Source of the DNA: a virus
Taxonomy: Duplodnaviria; Caudoviricetes
IMG/VR virus record: IMGVR_UViG_2690315872_000001
Location: 27,292 to 91,291 of that record
Reading direction: 5' to 3' (one strand)
Length of the DNA: 64,000 nucleotides
In this document: piece after piece, positions 29,151 through 38,560 of the stretch
Position numbering within the stretch: position 1 is the stretch's first letter
How the letters are laid out: each line of letters opens with the position of its first letter
Translations under genes and position numbers: made by a program
The notes under the pieces: generated by a model
Told to the model about the DNA's origin: nothing
The model's database searches: none
The model's input: only the letters and a program-made list of their open reading frames with translations

Positions 29151-29366
29151 GCCCCCTCCCCCTGCCCCTCGCTGCAGTGCGGGCAGGGCACTTCTGCGTC
29201 ATCGTCGATCAGTACCCGGCCTGATCCCTCACAGATGCAGGGGCGGGGAGCGTCGAAGGTCTGCACAGGCGGAACAACGACGGTCCTCAATTCGCCGGTC
29301 CAGGGGTCGCGGATCACGATGGTGTCAGGGAAACTGCTCACGCCCCCTCCCCCTGCCCCTCGCTGC
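29143..29366. repeat. 33-bp identical direct repeat at two consecutive gene junctions
   Basis: CTGCTCACGCCCCCTCCCCCTGCCCCTCGCTGC at 29143-29175 and 29334-29366. Confidence 0.9.
29147..29341 (-). CDS. Small Zn-finger protein
   Basis: CICEGSG...CPHC motif. Confidence 0.6.
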   Translation of the reverse strand: MSSFPDTIVIRDPWTGELRTVVVPPVQTFDAPRPCICEGSGRVLIDDDAEVPCPHCSEGQGEGA

Positions 29367-29649
29367 CCACCCCGGCCTGAGCAGAGGTGTCCTCTGGGAA
29401 GGTCAGACGGGCGGGCAGGCCACAGGCCGGGCACACGTCCCCGCCGCGTTCCTCGCTCTTGATGATGCCGCGCGTGACGTGCCCGGACACGCAGCGCCAC
29501 CGCAGCGCGTCATACCAGCGGTCAGGGATGCCCATCCACGTCGATTCACCACGCTCAGCAGCGGCGGCCTTGTGGGGGTCAAGGTAGGCGTTCAACTCCG
29601 CGATCCGGCTCATCGCCTCGGCGGGTGTGAGTTCAGGCTGCCACGTCAC
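29338..29649 (-). CDS. Small Zn-ribbon protein
   Basis: RC..GH and CPACG motifs. Confidence 0.6.
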   Translation of the reverse strand: MTWQPELTPAEAMSRIAELNAYLDPHKAAAAERGESTWMGIPDRWYDALRWRCVSGHVTRGIIKSEERGGDVCPACGLPARLTFPEDTSAQAGVGSEGQGEGA

Positions 29650-29957
29650 AGCGACTCACCCCCGGCCTGAGCGAGCGCGGCGCGGGCGATCTCACCAAAA
29701 TCAACCTGTGCGTCCTCGTGCTCGTCAGGGTCCCCCGACCACAAGCGGCCTGCATGGTCGTAGTGGCGGAGCTCCGCGTAGTGCGCCAGCGCCTCCCGCA
29801 GCCCCGCCTCCGCTTCCGCCTGGGCGCGCAGGGTATGACGCAGTTGGGCGGCGCAGGTCCGCATGGCACAGGTCTCCTCGGGGGAGCCCGGCAGGCCCTC
29901 ATCCCACTTATCCGCCAGCAGCGCCAGCGGGTGTCGGGGCCGGGTCGGGGCGGTCAC
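29646..29957 (-). CDS. Hypothetical phage protein
   Basis: Coupled ORF in the operon; LREALAHYA...GEIARAAL pattern common in phage early genes. Confidence 0.55.
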   Translation of the reverse strand: MTAPTRPRHPLALLADKWDEGLPGSPEETCAMRTCAAQLRHTLRAQAEAEAGLREALAHYAELRHYDHAGRLWSGDPDEHEDAQVDFGEIARAALAQAGGESL

Positions 29958-30601
29958 AGGGTCTCCGGAGCGTAAGGGTCTGCATGGCCCGTGGCGGCGC
30001 TGACGGCGCTGGTCAACTGTTGGAGGGCCGTCCGCCCATGCCCCCGGTGGGCGCCCCGGCTGTAGCCGACGCGCCACGAGGACCAGTCCTCCATGACCTG
30101 ACCGTCCGGATGTTTCTGGACAGCGTAGATCAGTGCCTGCGCGGCACGGTCACCGTCCGTGCGCAGCGCCGCGTTCTCGGCCTCCAGTTCCGCCACGCGG
30201 GCCTGCGCGGCGGCGAGATCGGCACGCAGCTGGTCGGCCTCGCTGTGCCCTTCCTTGTAGGTCAGCTCGTCGAAGGTCAGGTCGGGGACCAGGGCCAGGA
30301 GTTCAAACAGGTGACGGATGTACGTGTGCCGCCGGGTCATCGCCTCGAACATCAGGGTGAGGTGGTCCTCATGGCGGGCCAGATCCTGGAGTTCCCACTC
30401 GTTGTAGTTCAGGGCGTCCAGCAGTTCCTGGATGTGGTGCACGACCTTCTTCCGGAGGGGCTTGTGGTTGTCACTGAGGACCTGCCCGTACTTCCGGAAG
30501 CCTTCCAGGACGCGGTGGTCGGCAACCTGCACGAGCAGGGGCGGCAGCAGGGGCTTGATGGCTTCGGTCAGGGCGCAGGTGGGCTGTTCAATCTGGGTCA
30601 T
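29954..30601 (-). CDS. Hypothetical protein, possible all-alpha NTP-pyrophosphatase-like N-terminus
   Basis: G.RKYGQ.L....H.IQELLDALNY followed by a coiled coil. Confidence 0.5.
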   Translation of the reverse strand: MTQIEQPTCALTEAIKPLLPPLLVQVADHRVLEGFRKYGQVLSDNHKPLRKKVVHHIQELLDALNYNEWELQDLARHEDHLTLMFEAMTRRHTYIRHLFELLALVPDLTFDELTYKEGHSEADQLRADLAAAQARVAELEAENAALRTDGDRAAQALIYAVQKHPDGQVMEDWSSWRVGYSRGAHRGHGRTALQQLTSAVSAATGHADPYAPETL

Positions 30602-31062
30602 GGGGTGTCCTTCAGCCCGAGGGCCGTGCGAATGAGGTGGGAGACGGTCACGCCCTGCTCGGCAGCCATGGCGTTCAGCTGGTCGATCAGGTCCTGGTTC
30701 AGCTCCACCGGGACCGACACGCGCTGCGGCAGGGGTGCGAAGGGGTAGTCGTACCCCAGGGCGTGCAGGTCCCCGCGGAGGGCGACGGCGTGCAGCAGCC
30801 AGGCCTGCGCGGCGGGACTGCCTGGCAGGACGTCCGCGAGGCGCGCCGCCTCCTCGGTGGCGGTCCTGAGGGCCCGGCCCCACCACGTGCGGTGGTCCGG
30901 ACTGTGGTCCCCCCAGGTGGCCTGCGTCTCAGCGGGGCCACCTCCCGCGTAGGCGTGCCCGTGCACACCTTCGAACGTGACGCACTGGCACGCGCGACGC
31001 GGCTTCCAGCACTGGTCACAGCGCCGCGCGAGGTTCCGCTCCTGCTCAGGCGTCAGGGTCAT
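30598..31062 (-). CDS. Protein with C-terminal ribbon-helix-helix (CopG-like) domain
   Basis: RVSVPVELNQDLIDQLNAMAAEQGVTVSHLIRTAL; N-terminal Cys cluster. Confidence 0.7.
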   Translation of the reverse strand: MTLTPEQERNLARRCDQCWKPRRACQCVTFEGVHGHAYAGGGPAETQATWGDHSPDHRTWWGRALRTATEEAARLADVLPGSPAAQAWLLHAVALRGDLHALGYDYPFAPLPQRVSVPVELNQDLIDQLNAMAAEQGVTVSHLIRTALGLKDTP

Positions 31063-31331
31063 GGGTTCGCCTCGACCTGCCGCTGCAGGCCTGCGAGCCC
31101 CTGGCGGGACAGCACGAACTCTCGCAAGGCCTGCACGTCCGCCTCGCCGATCGCCATGAACGCCATGACGGGCTGACCGGCGATGCTCTCCAGGATCCCG
31201 GCGGCGACCTTTGGCAGTTCGATCAGGGCCTCGGCGGCGGTGGTGCCGTCACGGGTACGGACGGCCGTATCGGCCAAGATCATCAGCCGGCGGCGGTTGG
31301 CGAGGCTTCCGCCGGGGTGGTCAGTCGACAT
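31059..31331 (-). CDS. Hypothetical protein
   Basis: AGGAG RBS; coupled in the operon. Confidence 0.55.
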   Translation of the reverse strand: MSTDHPGGSLANRRRLMILADTAVRTRDGTTAAEALIELPKVAAGILESIAGQPVMAFMAIGEADVQALREFVLSRQGLAGLQRQVEANP

Positions 31332-32229
31332 GTGGGTGCTCCTGGCGGGCGCGGGTGAGGTGCGCGCGGGTCTCGTCGAGTTGCGTCAGGGCGTCTACGA
31401 GGGTGAGCGCGGTGGAGTGAGCGGTGAACAGTGCGGCGCGCTGTGGGCCGGACGTCGCCTCAGCAGCGGCCCACCAACGGTCAGCGTCCTCCCGCGCGGC
31501 GGCGATCTCCTCGGCGAGGCCCTGCGTGCGGGCGGCGGCCGCGATGATCTCCGCGTCGTCAGGCTGGGCACCGTCACGCGTGCTGAGGCCCAGCGCGTCG
31601 ATCAGGCTGTCGCGCAGGTCTGCCGTTTCGCGGTAGGCGGCGTCCCATTCACGGCGTTCCTGCTCGATCGTGCCGAACGCGGCCGCGTCGCGCGCTTCGA
31701 ACTGACTGAACGACCCTTCGGTGAAGCCGCACAGAGGCCGCAGGGCCTGGATGCACTGCCGCACCTGATCGCGGTCCTGCTGCGCGAGGCCGTGCAGAAG
31801 TCCACGTGAGAGCCGGCGCAACTGCAGCCGATCAGCATTCAGGCGGGCCGTTTCAGCCAGTTGCCACTCGTCGGGGGTTTCGTCGGGCTGGAGGTTCCGC
31901 TGAATGAACATCGTCATGGCGTCCATCAGGTGATTCATCAGGCCACTGACCGCGTCGAACGGATGTGGGAACAGCAGCACGACCTGGTCGTCCCGCTGCC
32001 CGTCCTGCATGAACCGCTGGACGGCGTCCGCGCCGCTCTCGCCTGGGCGGAGGTCCGGCGCGGCATTCTGGAGGATGACGCCCAGCGCCCGGTTGCCCAG
32101 ATTGAATGGCACGACCGTCAGGCTGTGAACGGTGTCAGGCCCGCCGAACAGCAGGACGCTGCCCTTGAAGTTCTTCTGGGCGTGCTGCTTGACCTGCTGG
32201 TAGTCCAGCCACGCGTCGCCACTCAGCAC
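31321..32229 (-). CDS. Hypothetical protein
   Basis: GGAGG RBS; 302-aa ORF with typical codon usage. Confidence 0.6.
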   Translation of the reverse strand: MLSGDAWLDYQQVKQHAQKNFKGSVLLFGGPDTVHSLTVVPFNLGNRALGVILQNAAPDLRPGESGADAVQRFMQDGQRDDQVVLLFPHPFDAVSGLMNHLMDAMTMFIQRNLQPDETPDEWQLAETARLNADRLQLRRLSRGLLHGLAQQDRDQVRQCIQALRPLCGFTEGSFSQFEARDAAAFGTIEQERREWDAAYRETADLRDSLIDALGLSTRDGAQPDDAEIIAAAARTQGLAEEIAAAREDADRWWAAAEATSGPQRAALFTAHSTALTLVDALTQLDETRAHLTRARQEHPHVD

Positions 32230-32774
32230 CGGCGGCCTCCGTGGCGGTAGCCGCGGTTACGGTTCGCGTCGAGGATCCCGGAGATCAGGTCGGTGGGCGT
32301 GGTGCCGCGCGGCTGCTCGCACAGCAGGACCCTGTTCGTCATGACGATCAGCGCGGCGAGGTCCATGACGAGCTGCGTGGCGGTCTGCTCGGGGGGCTGG
32401 TCCTTGGGAGCCTTGCGGTACCGCTCCAGGACGGCGCTGGTCAGAGCGTGCAGCTGCGTTTCGTGCGCGTTGCGACTCCAGCGGACGCGCAGGCGGGTCG
32501 GGAGGGGCGGGCGGCGGTGCTCGAGCGTCGTCAGGAAGTTCCCGATCAGGCCCGGGCGGATCAGTTCGCACAGGTCCAGCGCGCGGACGATCACGTCGCC
32601 CAGCTCCCGCGCGCGCTTGGCGCGGCTGCGTTCCTGGTGCGCCTCGGTGATCTCACTGTGGATCAGCGCGAGGAAGGTGGGGATCTGCTCGGGGGTGAAG
32701 TCGGTGCCCCAGCCGTTCGTGTGGTTGATGCTGCGGGTGTCGCTGGCGAGATCAGTGATGGTGCGGGTCATCAT
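32223..32774 (-). CDS. MazG-like NTP pyrophosphohydrolase, copy 2
   Basis: LALIHSEITEA, ELGDVIVRALDL and NRNRGYRHGGR motifs; paralog of 28305-28835. Confidence 0.75.
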   Translation of the reverse strand: MMTRTITDLASDTRSINHTNGWGTDFTPEQIPTFLALIHSEITEAHQERSRAKRARELGDVIVRALDLCELIRPGLIGNFLTTLEHRRPPLPTRLRVRWSRNAHETQLHALTSAVLERYRKAPKDQPPEQTATQLVMDLAALIVMTNRVLLCEQPRGTTPTDLISGILDANRNRGYRHGGRRC

Positions 32775-33583
32775 GCGGCGTCCTTGGGGTGCTGGACAAC
32801 GGTGGGGGTGGGGTCGAGGGGGGTGCGGAACAGGACCATGGCGCCGACGGCGCGCACCGTCAGCAGGCCGTGCGCGTCCAGCAGCGCGAGGGCCGCGCGG
32901 ACGGTGTCCGGAGTGAGCTTCATCTCCTGCGCGAGCGTGTCGGGCGTGCTGCTGGTCTGCCGGGCGGAGTGGTGCCGCAGGCGGTTCAGGACGCGCGTGG
33001 CAGTGCGGGTCAGGGGCGTGGCGGGTACCTGGGGCAGGAACGACTGGAGGTGCTGGTAGCGGGTGATGGCGACGGAGCGGCTGGTGCCGTGGATGACGAG
33101 CAGCTGGGCGTCTTCCCACGTGAGGAGCGCCAGGGCGTCGGCGACGTTCACCTGGTTCTTCAGGCCGAGGGCGCTGCGGAGCTGATCGAGGCTGAACTGC
33201 TTCTTCGGGTGCCGGGCGAGGTACGCGCAGATCTGGTCGGCGGTCGCGGCGGCACTCGCCTGCCGGGCAGTGACGGTCGAGGCGCGCCGGGCCTCGCGGG
33301 CCTCCGGGGCGGCGCTGGTCTTCATTTCCGGCCACGTCACGAAGCGGTACTCGAAGGGAGGCTTGGCGTACCCCTTGCGGCGCGTCCCGGGTCGTTTCTC
33401 AGCGGCGCCCTGCCTGACGAGACTCAGCAGGCGTTTGCTGGTCAGGGTCGGGTCGGCCGCCTGCTCACCGATCGAGGCACGCACCTCACCGCACACCAGC
33501 CACCGGCCCGCGTTCGCGTGCAGCGCACGGGCTTCCAGGGTGCCCTGCGTGGCGGTGGCCGGGTCGATGGGGCGGACGGTCAC
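32771..33583 (-). CDS. Multi-winged-helix protein
   Basis: Repeated wHTH-like segments, e.g. PDTLAQEMKLTPDTVRAALALLDAHGLL. Confidence 0.6.
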   Translation of the reverse strand: MTVRPIDPATATQGTLEARALHANAGRWLVCGEVRASIGEQAADPTLTSKRLLSLVRQGAAEKRPGTRRKGYAKPPFEYRFVTWPEMKTSAAPEAREARRASTVTARQASAAATADQICAYLARHPKKQFSLDQLRSALGLKNQVNVADALALLTWEDAQLLVIHGTSRSVAITRYQHLQSFLPQVPATPLTRTATRVLNRLRHHSARQTSSTPDTLAQEMKLTPDTVRAALALLDAHGLLTVRAVGAMVLFRTPLDPTPTVVQHPKDAA

Positions 33584-33870
33584 TCGCCCCTCCAGGGTTT
33601 CGTGACCTCGTACCGCTGCGCCTGCCCCTGCTGCTCGGTACCCAGGTGCGTCAACGTGAACCCCTGGTCCTTCGCGGCCTGCACGTACGCCTCAATGTCC
33701 TCCGGGCTCGGTACGTCGTCCGCGTACCCTTCGAACAGCACGTGGAAGCGCCGGAGGGTGGGGCTGCGCTTCGGGTGGATGGACACCCAGAACTGCGGGC
33801 GGGTGTAGCACCGCCTGACGCCCCGGTGCCCGTAGTTGAAGGCCTGGAGGATGAAGTCCTGGGTGTTCAC
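33580..33870 (-). CDS. Hypothetical protein
   Basis: Coupled ORF in the operon. Confidence 0.5.
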   Translation of the reverse strand: MNTQDFILQAFNYGHRGVRRCYTRPQFWVSIHPKRSPTLRRFHVLFEGYADDVPSPEDIEAYVQAAKDQGFTLTHLGTEQQGQAQRYEVTKPWRGE

Positions 33871-34325
33871 AGCGGCACGCCCTGCGCCTTGAGTTGCTGG
33901 CGGACGCGGGCCTGCACGGTTTCGTCCGGAGCGAAGAAGCCCAGGGAGCCCCGGCAGGGAACGGGGTCCAGGAGGCGCACGGGGGTGCCGACGTGCAGGT
34001 GCAACTGGTTCGGGTCCACCCAGGGGCCGGTGCCGTTCTGGTCCACGGCCGTGAGCGTGAAGGCGCCGATGACCGCGCCGACGGTGCAGTCGCCCTTCAG
34101 GATCCGGTGCCCGGTCAGCTGCCGGATGAACGGCACGGCCGCGTCGTCGAACGTCCGGCTGGCGTGCAGGAGAACGACCTTGCCGATCTGCCGGCGGGCC
34201 TGGGCGAGCAGGCCGGGGCTGCGGAGCCAGTCGCGGTTCTCGACGGGCTTGCCGTGGTCGAGGATGGCGGTGCCCCAGGGTTCACGGATGCTGAGGGCCA
34301 GAAGGGGCGCGGGTGGGGTGGTCAT
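33867..34325 (-). CDS. ASCH-domain protein
   Basis: ALSIREPW..AI...GKPVENRDW...LLHAS and C-terminal PCRGSLGFF. Confidence 0.85.
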   Translation of the reverse strand: MTTPPAPLLALSIREPWGTAILDHGKPVENRDWLRSPGLLAQARRQIGKVVLLHASRTFDDAAVPFIRQLTGHRILKGDCTVGAVIGAFTLTAVDQNGTGPWVDPNQLHLHVGTPVRLLDPVPCRGSLGFFAPDETVQARVRQQLKAQGVPL

Positions 34326-34822
34326 GCGGATGCTCCGGGGTGGCTCTTGAGGGCGTACTCGTCGAGGAGGGCGGCGCGGCGCTCGTAGTACGGGGCGTCC
34401 AGGCGGCGCCGGCGGGCGAGGTCCCGCTGGTACACGGCGGCCTCGCGGAAGGCGTGGGCGCTGCCCCGGACGAATGTCAGGGCGTTCAGGAACGTGAGGA
34501 CGTGCGGTCCCTGTTTCAGGGCGTAGCGGATGGCCCACAGGGGCAGGTGGTCGTGGTGGCTCAGGCGGGCGAGCAGCACGTCACTGCGCCAGAGGGCGAC
34601 TTCCCGGCTGGTGTGGTCGAGGCCGCTGTTGCGCTTCCAGCGGAGGTCCGTCCAGCGGATGGCCTGCATCGCCTGCCCGCCCGGGCGGACGCTCAGGGAG
34701 AGGAACGCGTCGCACTTCGGGCAGGAGCCGTGCCCGGCGTTGTGCCCGTGCAGCATCGCGAGACTGAGGGCGACTGCCGCCTCGTGCCCGCAGGCGGGGC
34801 AGGTGAAGGGCAGGCGGCTCAC
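34322..34822 (-). CDS. Zn-ribbon hypothetical protein
   Basis: CPACG and CPKC motifs. Confidence 0.55.
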   Translation of the reverse strand: MSRLPFTCPACGHEAAVALSLAMLHGHNAGHGSCPKCDAFLSLSVRPGGQAMQAIRWTDLRWKRNSGLDHTSREVALWRSDVLLARLSHHDHLPLWAIRYALKQGPHVLTFLNALTFVRGSAHAFREAAVYQRDLARRRRLDAPYYERRAALLDEYALKSHPGASA

Positions 34823-35490
34823 GCGGTCACCCGGCGGAACTCCACGGCGAACAGGTAGGGGTTGGCGTCCCAGCTGCCCGGGCCGTGTAACTCCTCCCAC
34901 TGCTGGCTGAACGCGGCGACCGGCTCACCCAGGCTGGCCTGGGCGCGCTCCACGGTGATGCCCTCGGCCAGGGCGTCGGCGTCGCTGAGGTCCTGCAGGC
35001 GCTGCACGCGGACCGTCAGGATTTCCAGGGTGATGCGGGACGCCCAGCGGGGCATGAAGCGGGGAGACGTCCAGCGCAGGGCGTGCCCGGTCCAACTGGC
35101 GGCGTACAGAACGCTCTCGGTCGTGCGCAGGCTGGCGGGCACTTCGGACGCCCGGCGCCGGTCACTCCAGCCCAGGTACCCGGCGGGCAGGCTGTCCCAC
35201 GCGTCACTGTCCGCGCTCGGGTCGGGCAGGAAGGCCTCCTTCACCCAGAGGTGATCACCGGCGCGCCCCATGGGGCACAGGTCGAGCAGCTCGGCGTGCG
35301 TGACGTCATGCCAGCTCATGCGGCGGTCCCGGAACGTCCAGTCGAACCCGGGGGTGCGGCTCGGGCCGAACTCTGTGATGGTGCCCATGCCGGGGAGGGC
35401 CGTGAGGATCCGGCGGGTCTGGGTCTTCGTGCCGTCCAGGATCTGCTGAACGCGCGGGCCGGTGAACACGATGGGGCGGGCCGTGCTCAT
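34819..35490 (-). CDS. ASCH/PUA-like conserved phage protein
   Basis: ILDGTKTQTRR, MPRWASRITLEI..VRVQRLQD and WDANP motifs. Confidence 0.8.
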   Translation of the reverse strand: MSTARPIVFTGPRVQQILDGTKTQTRRILTALPGMGTITEFGPSRTPGFDWTFRDRRMSWHDVTHAELLDLCPMGRAGDHLWVKEAFLPDPSADSDAWDSLPAGYLGWSDRRRASEVPASLRTTESVLYAASWTGHALRWTSPRFMPRWASRITLEILTVRVQRLQDLSDADALAEGITVERAQASLGEPVAAFSQQWEELHGPGSWDANPYLFAVEFRRVTA

Positions 35491-35780
35491 GCGTGCCCCC
35501 GGGTGCGGGCGCGCTCGGCGGCGCAGGTGGGGCAGGGGCAGCACGTCTTGCGAACGGCGTCGAACGCGCCCGAGAGGACCGGCAGGAGGTGGCGGGCGTC
35601 GCCGTTCACGACGGTCAGTGCATTCCCGCTTGCTGGGACGGCCAGGAGGGCCACGGAGAACCCGGCGGCGCGCAGGTCGTCCACGAGGCCCTGCATGCGC
35701 GTCTGGAGTTCCGGCGTGAGGTCGGGATGGGTGAGCGTGTCGGGGAGGGGCGTGCCTGCGTCGAAGATGATGTTGCTCAC
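35487..35780 (-). CDS. Hypothetical protein
   Basis: Coupled ORF; C-terminal CPCPTC. Confidence 0.5.
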   Translation of the reverse strand: MSNIIFDAGTPLPDTLTHPDLTPELQTRMQGLVDDLRAAGFSVALLAVPASGNALTVVNGDARHLLPVLSGAFDAVRKTCCPCPTCAAERARTRGHA

Positions 35781-36955
35781 GCGGCCACCGCTCCGGTGCG
35801 GCGCAGGCGGTCGCGCAGGTGTGCCTTGCGGTGGGTGTCGGTCGGATACTCGTGCTCCCAGGCTTCGACGAGGTGCGGGGGGATGGCCTGGTCGGCTTCC
35901 ATGCGGGTGCCGCTGGCGCGGGTGGGGACGCCGTGGTCCGTGAGGTACGCGGCGCAGCTCATGGCGGCCAGGTACGGGTTGGTGATGGGCGCGGGCTGGG
36001 GCATGGGGGTCTCCTGGGGTGCACTGACGTCAGTGCGGACCTGCTGGGCCTGGGTGAGTTCACTCTCGAGGCGTTCGCACTCGCGGTTCAGGTGCGCGAT
36101 GACCTTCTGCGCTTCCTGCCCGTCGCGTTCGAGCTGCTGGATGCGGTTGCGGGTGTCCCGCTCGCGGTTGACCGTGGCGCTGCGCTCGCTGGCCAGGGTG
36201 TCCTTCAGGCGCTGGACCTCCGCGTCCGCCTGGGCCCGCTCGCGGGTGATCTGGGCCTGCGCCGCGTCGAGCATCCGCCGGGCGTCCGTGGCGTCCGCCT
36301 GGGCCTGATCGGCCGCGCGGGTCGCCATCTGCACGTCCTCCTCGACGGCCGCGCGCAGCCCCGCCTCCCGGGCGTCCAGCTCGGCGGCGCGGGCGTCCAG
36401 GGCGGCGGCACGCGCGTTGAGGTCGGCCACGCACCGCTGGTAGTCGGCCTTCATTTCCGTGTCGGCCTGCGCGATCATCCGCTGCAGGTCCGCTTCCTTC
36501 TGATCCATGAACGCCTGCGCTTTGGCCTGCGCGAACTGAACCTCGGCGTTCATCGTGATGAACAGCTGCTCGTCGAACTGCGTGATCTGCGCGTTAATGT
36601 CGCTCACGGCGACTTTCGACCCGCCGCGCATCAGGCCCGCCACGCCGGACTGCACGCAGCTCAGCGCCAGGCGCACCAGGGGCGCGGAGGCCGTGTCGGT
36701 GTGCTGCGCCAGGAGACGGCTCAGGAGGTGTTCCGCGTCGCGGATGTAACGCCCCAGCTGAGCGTCAGGCATCGTGCGGATGGTGTCCTCGATGCGCCGG
36801 GCGACGTGCAGGCTCTTGGGCGTGAGTTCCACCCGGTCGAGGTGCAGCACCAGCTCGTGCTCCCCGACCTCGTACGTCCTGAAGCGGTGGTCTTTGCCGT
36901 GCAGGGCGCGCTGCACGGCGCTGGCGATCAGGTACCGGCTGCCCAGGGCGTTCAC
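35777..36955 (-). CDS. Coiled-coil protein
   Basis: 392 aa with a long heptad-rich region. Confidence 0.65.
   Translation of the reverse strand: MNALGSRYLIASAVQRALHGKDHRFRTYEVGEHELVLHLDRVELTPKSLHVARRIEDTIRTMPDAQLGRYIRDAEHLLSRLLAQHTDTASAPLVRLALSCVQSGVAGLMRGGSKVAVSDINAQITQFDEQLFITMNAEVQFAQAKAQAFMDQKEADLQRMIAQADTEMKADYQRCVADLNARAAALDARAAELDAREAGLRAAVEEDVQMATRAADQAQADATDARRMLDAAQAQITRERAQADAEVQRLKDTLASERSATVNRERDTRNRIQQLERDGQEAQKVIAHLNRECERLESELTQAQQVRTDVSAPQETPMPQPAPITNPYLAAMSCAAYLTDHGVPTRASGTRMEADQAIPPHLVEAWEHEYPTDTHRKAHLRDRLRRTGAVAA
36021..36036. repeat. parS-candidate palindrome, copy 2
   Basis: GCACTGACGTCAGTGC. Confidence 0.65.
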
Positions 36956-38559
36956 GCGGCCACCTCGTCGGCGGCCGGGGCGACCTGGAACAGCAGCAGG
37001 CTGCCGACGCGGGTCCAGCGCAGGCGACTCTGGTGGTAGTGCAGGACCCCCAGGGCTTCCACGACGTCCTCGCGGCTGACGTACGCGGCGACGGCGAGGT
37101 TCGTGATGCTTTCCTTCCCGCCCCGGTCCGTGACCAGCAGCAGGACCTGTTCGACCTTGCGGCCCAGGTCGGTCAGGTGGTCCGCCTGCGGCATGGGGAT
37201 CTCGCTGGTGATGTCCTCCAGGCGGTACGTGGCGCGCACGCCGAAGCCGCTGCCGTCCTCGCGGACGATCACGTTATCGTCGGTGAGCATCTGCACGGCG
37301 GTCCGCAGGTGACTGAGGGCCAGGCCGGTGGCCTTGATCAGGTCGTTCTCGGTCATGGCCTTGCCCGCCTCGGTCAGGGCGGTCTTCACGACCGCGCAGT
37401 TCTTGACGCGCTGTTCGAGGATCTCGGTGGGGGCGATCACGCCGCTGCCGGGCTGGCGCGGCGCTTCAGGCTTTTTTGCGGGGACCTGCTCGAACTGGAC
37501 CTGGGGGCGGGTGTCGCCGGGCACGCGGTACACGTATGGCTGGTCCTCGTTGATGCGCTCGACGAGGCCTTTGACGAGCAGGCGGTGCAGGCTCATGCCC
37601 GCGAGGCCGTTGGTGACGTTCAGGTGCGCGGCGATGGGGGGGATGACGGAGGGACCTCGTGCGTCCAGGTACGCCAGTGCGCGGCCGTCCACGGATTCCG
37701 GGTCGGGGCGGGCCGGTGCGGCCGGTGCCGGTGCAGGCTCGGGCGTGACGGCTTCAGGGTCGGCGCTGCTGGGCTGGCCGGGTTCCTCGCTGTCCTCAGT
37801 GTCGCTGTCGGGGGTCTGCGCCATGGTGTCGGCGTAGTCGAGGAGGACCTTGACGCCGCTGCTGGTCGCCCGGTGCCTGTAGGGGGTGCCCTCGCGGGCG
37901 ATGAGGCGCTGCGTGGCGTAGACGCTCAGGGTGCTGCCGACGGTGCCCTTGGGCAACGCGGTCTGCTCGATGATCTCCACGGCGGTCGCGCCCGGGTGCC
38001 GCGCGACGAACAGCAGGATCTGCAGGCGGTTGGGCAGGTCGCTCGCCTCGATGTGCTCCAGGCCCGGCGCACTGACGTCAGTGCGCGGCGTGGGAACGGC
38101 CGGTGCCGCCAGGACCTCGGCGGGTTCGGTCGTGACCTGGGTTGGCGTCTCCACCCACGTCGGAACGGGGACCGGCTCGACTGGCAGGGTCGGCAGGTCC
38201 TGGGTGGGCTGCGCCTCCTGCTGGGTGTCAGCCTGAGCGGCGACGTCGCTGACGTGGTGCATAGGTGCCACCCCGTCAAAGTAGTCCGCCGCGTTGACGG
38301 TCCGCGTGGCGACCTGCGCTGCGTCCGCGCCGGTGTGGATGTGCAGGAAGGGAGCGATGATCGCGCCGATGCTCCCCAGGCGGTCGCGGGCGCTGAGGCT
38401 GACCGTCAGGGCCCGCATGGCGTCGGCTTTCTTCTGCTGCAGCTCCTCGATCTCCTGGTTCAGGTTCGCGATGACCGCCTCGTGATGCTCGAGGCGCGCG
38501 GCCTGCTGCTCCAGTTCGATCAGTTGGGCGCTCAGGGGGGTGGTGTCAGGGGTGGTCAT
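36952..38559 (-). CDS. Multi-winged-helix protein with N-terminal coiled coil
   Basis: Three or four MarR/ArsR-like wHTH segments, e.g. TAVEIIEQTALPKGTVGSTLS. Confidence 0.65.
   Translation of the reverse strand: MTTPDTTPLSAQLIELEQQAARLEHHEAVIANLNQEIEELQQKKADAMRALTVSLSARDRLGSIGAIIAPFLHIHTGADAAQVATRTVNAADYFDGVAPMHHVSDVAAQADTQQEAQPTQDLPTLPVEPVPVPTWVETPTQVTTEPAEVLAAPAVPTPRTDVSAPGLEHIEASDLPNRLQILLFVARHPGATAVEIIEQTALPKGTVGSTLSVYATQRLIAREGTPYRHRATSSGVKVLLDYADTMAQTPDSDTEDSEEPGQPSSADPEAVTPEPAPAPAAPARPDPESVDGRALAYLDARGPSVIPPIAAHLNVTNGLAGMSLHRLLVKGLVERINEDQPYVYRVPGDTRPQVQFEQVPAKKPEAPRQPGSGVIAPTEILEQRVKNCAVVKTALTEAGKAMTENDLIKATGLALSHLRTAVQMLTDDNVIVREDGSGFGVRATYRLEDITSEIPMPQADHLTDLGRKVEQVLLLVTDRGGKESITNLAVAAYVSREDVVEALGVLHYHQSRLRWTRVGSLLLFQVAPAADEVAA
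38067..38086. repeat. parS-candidate palindrome, copy 3
   Basis: GCGCACTGACGTCAGTGCGC. Confidence 0.65.
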
Positions 38560-38560
38560 G

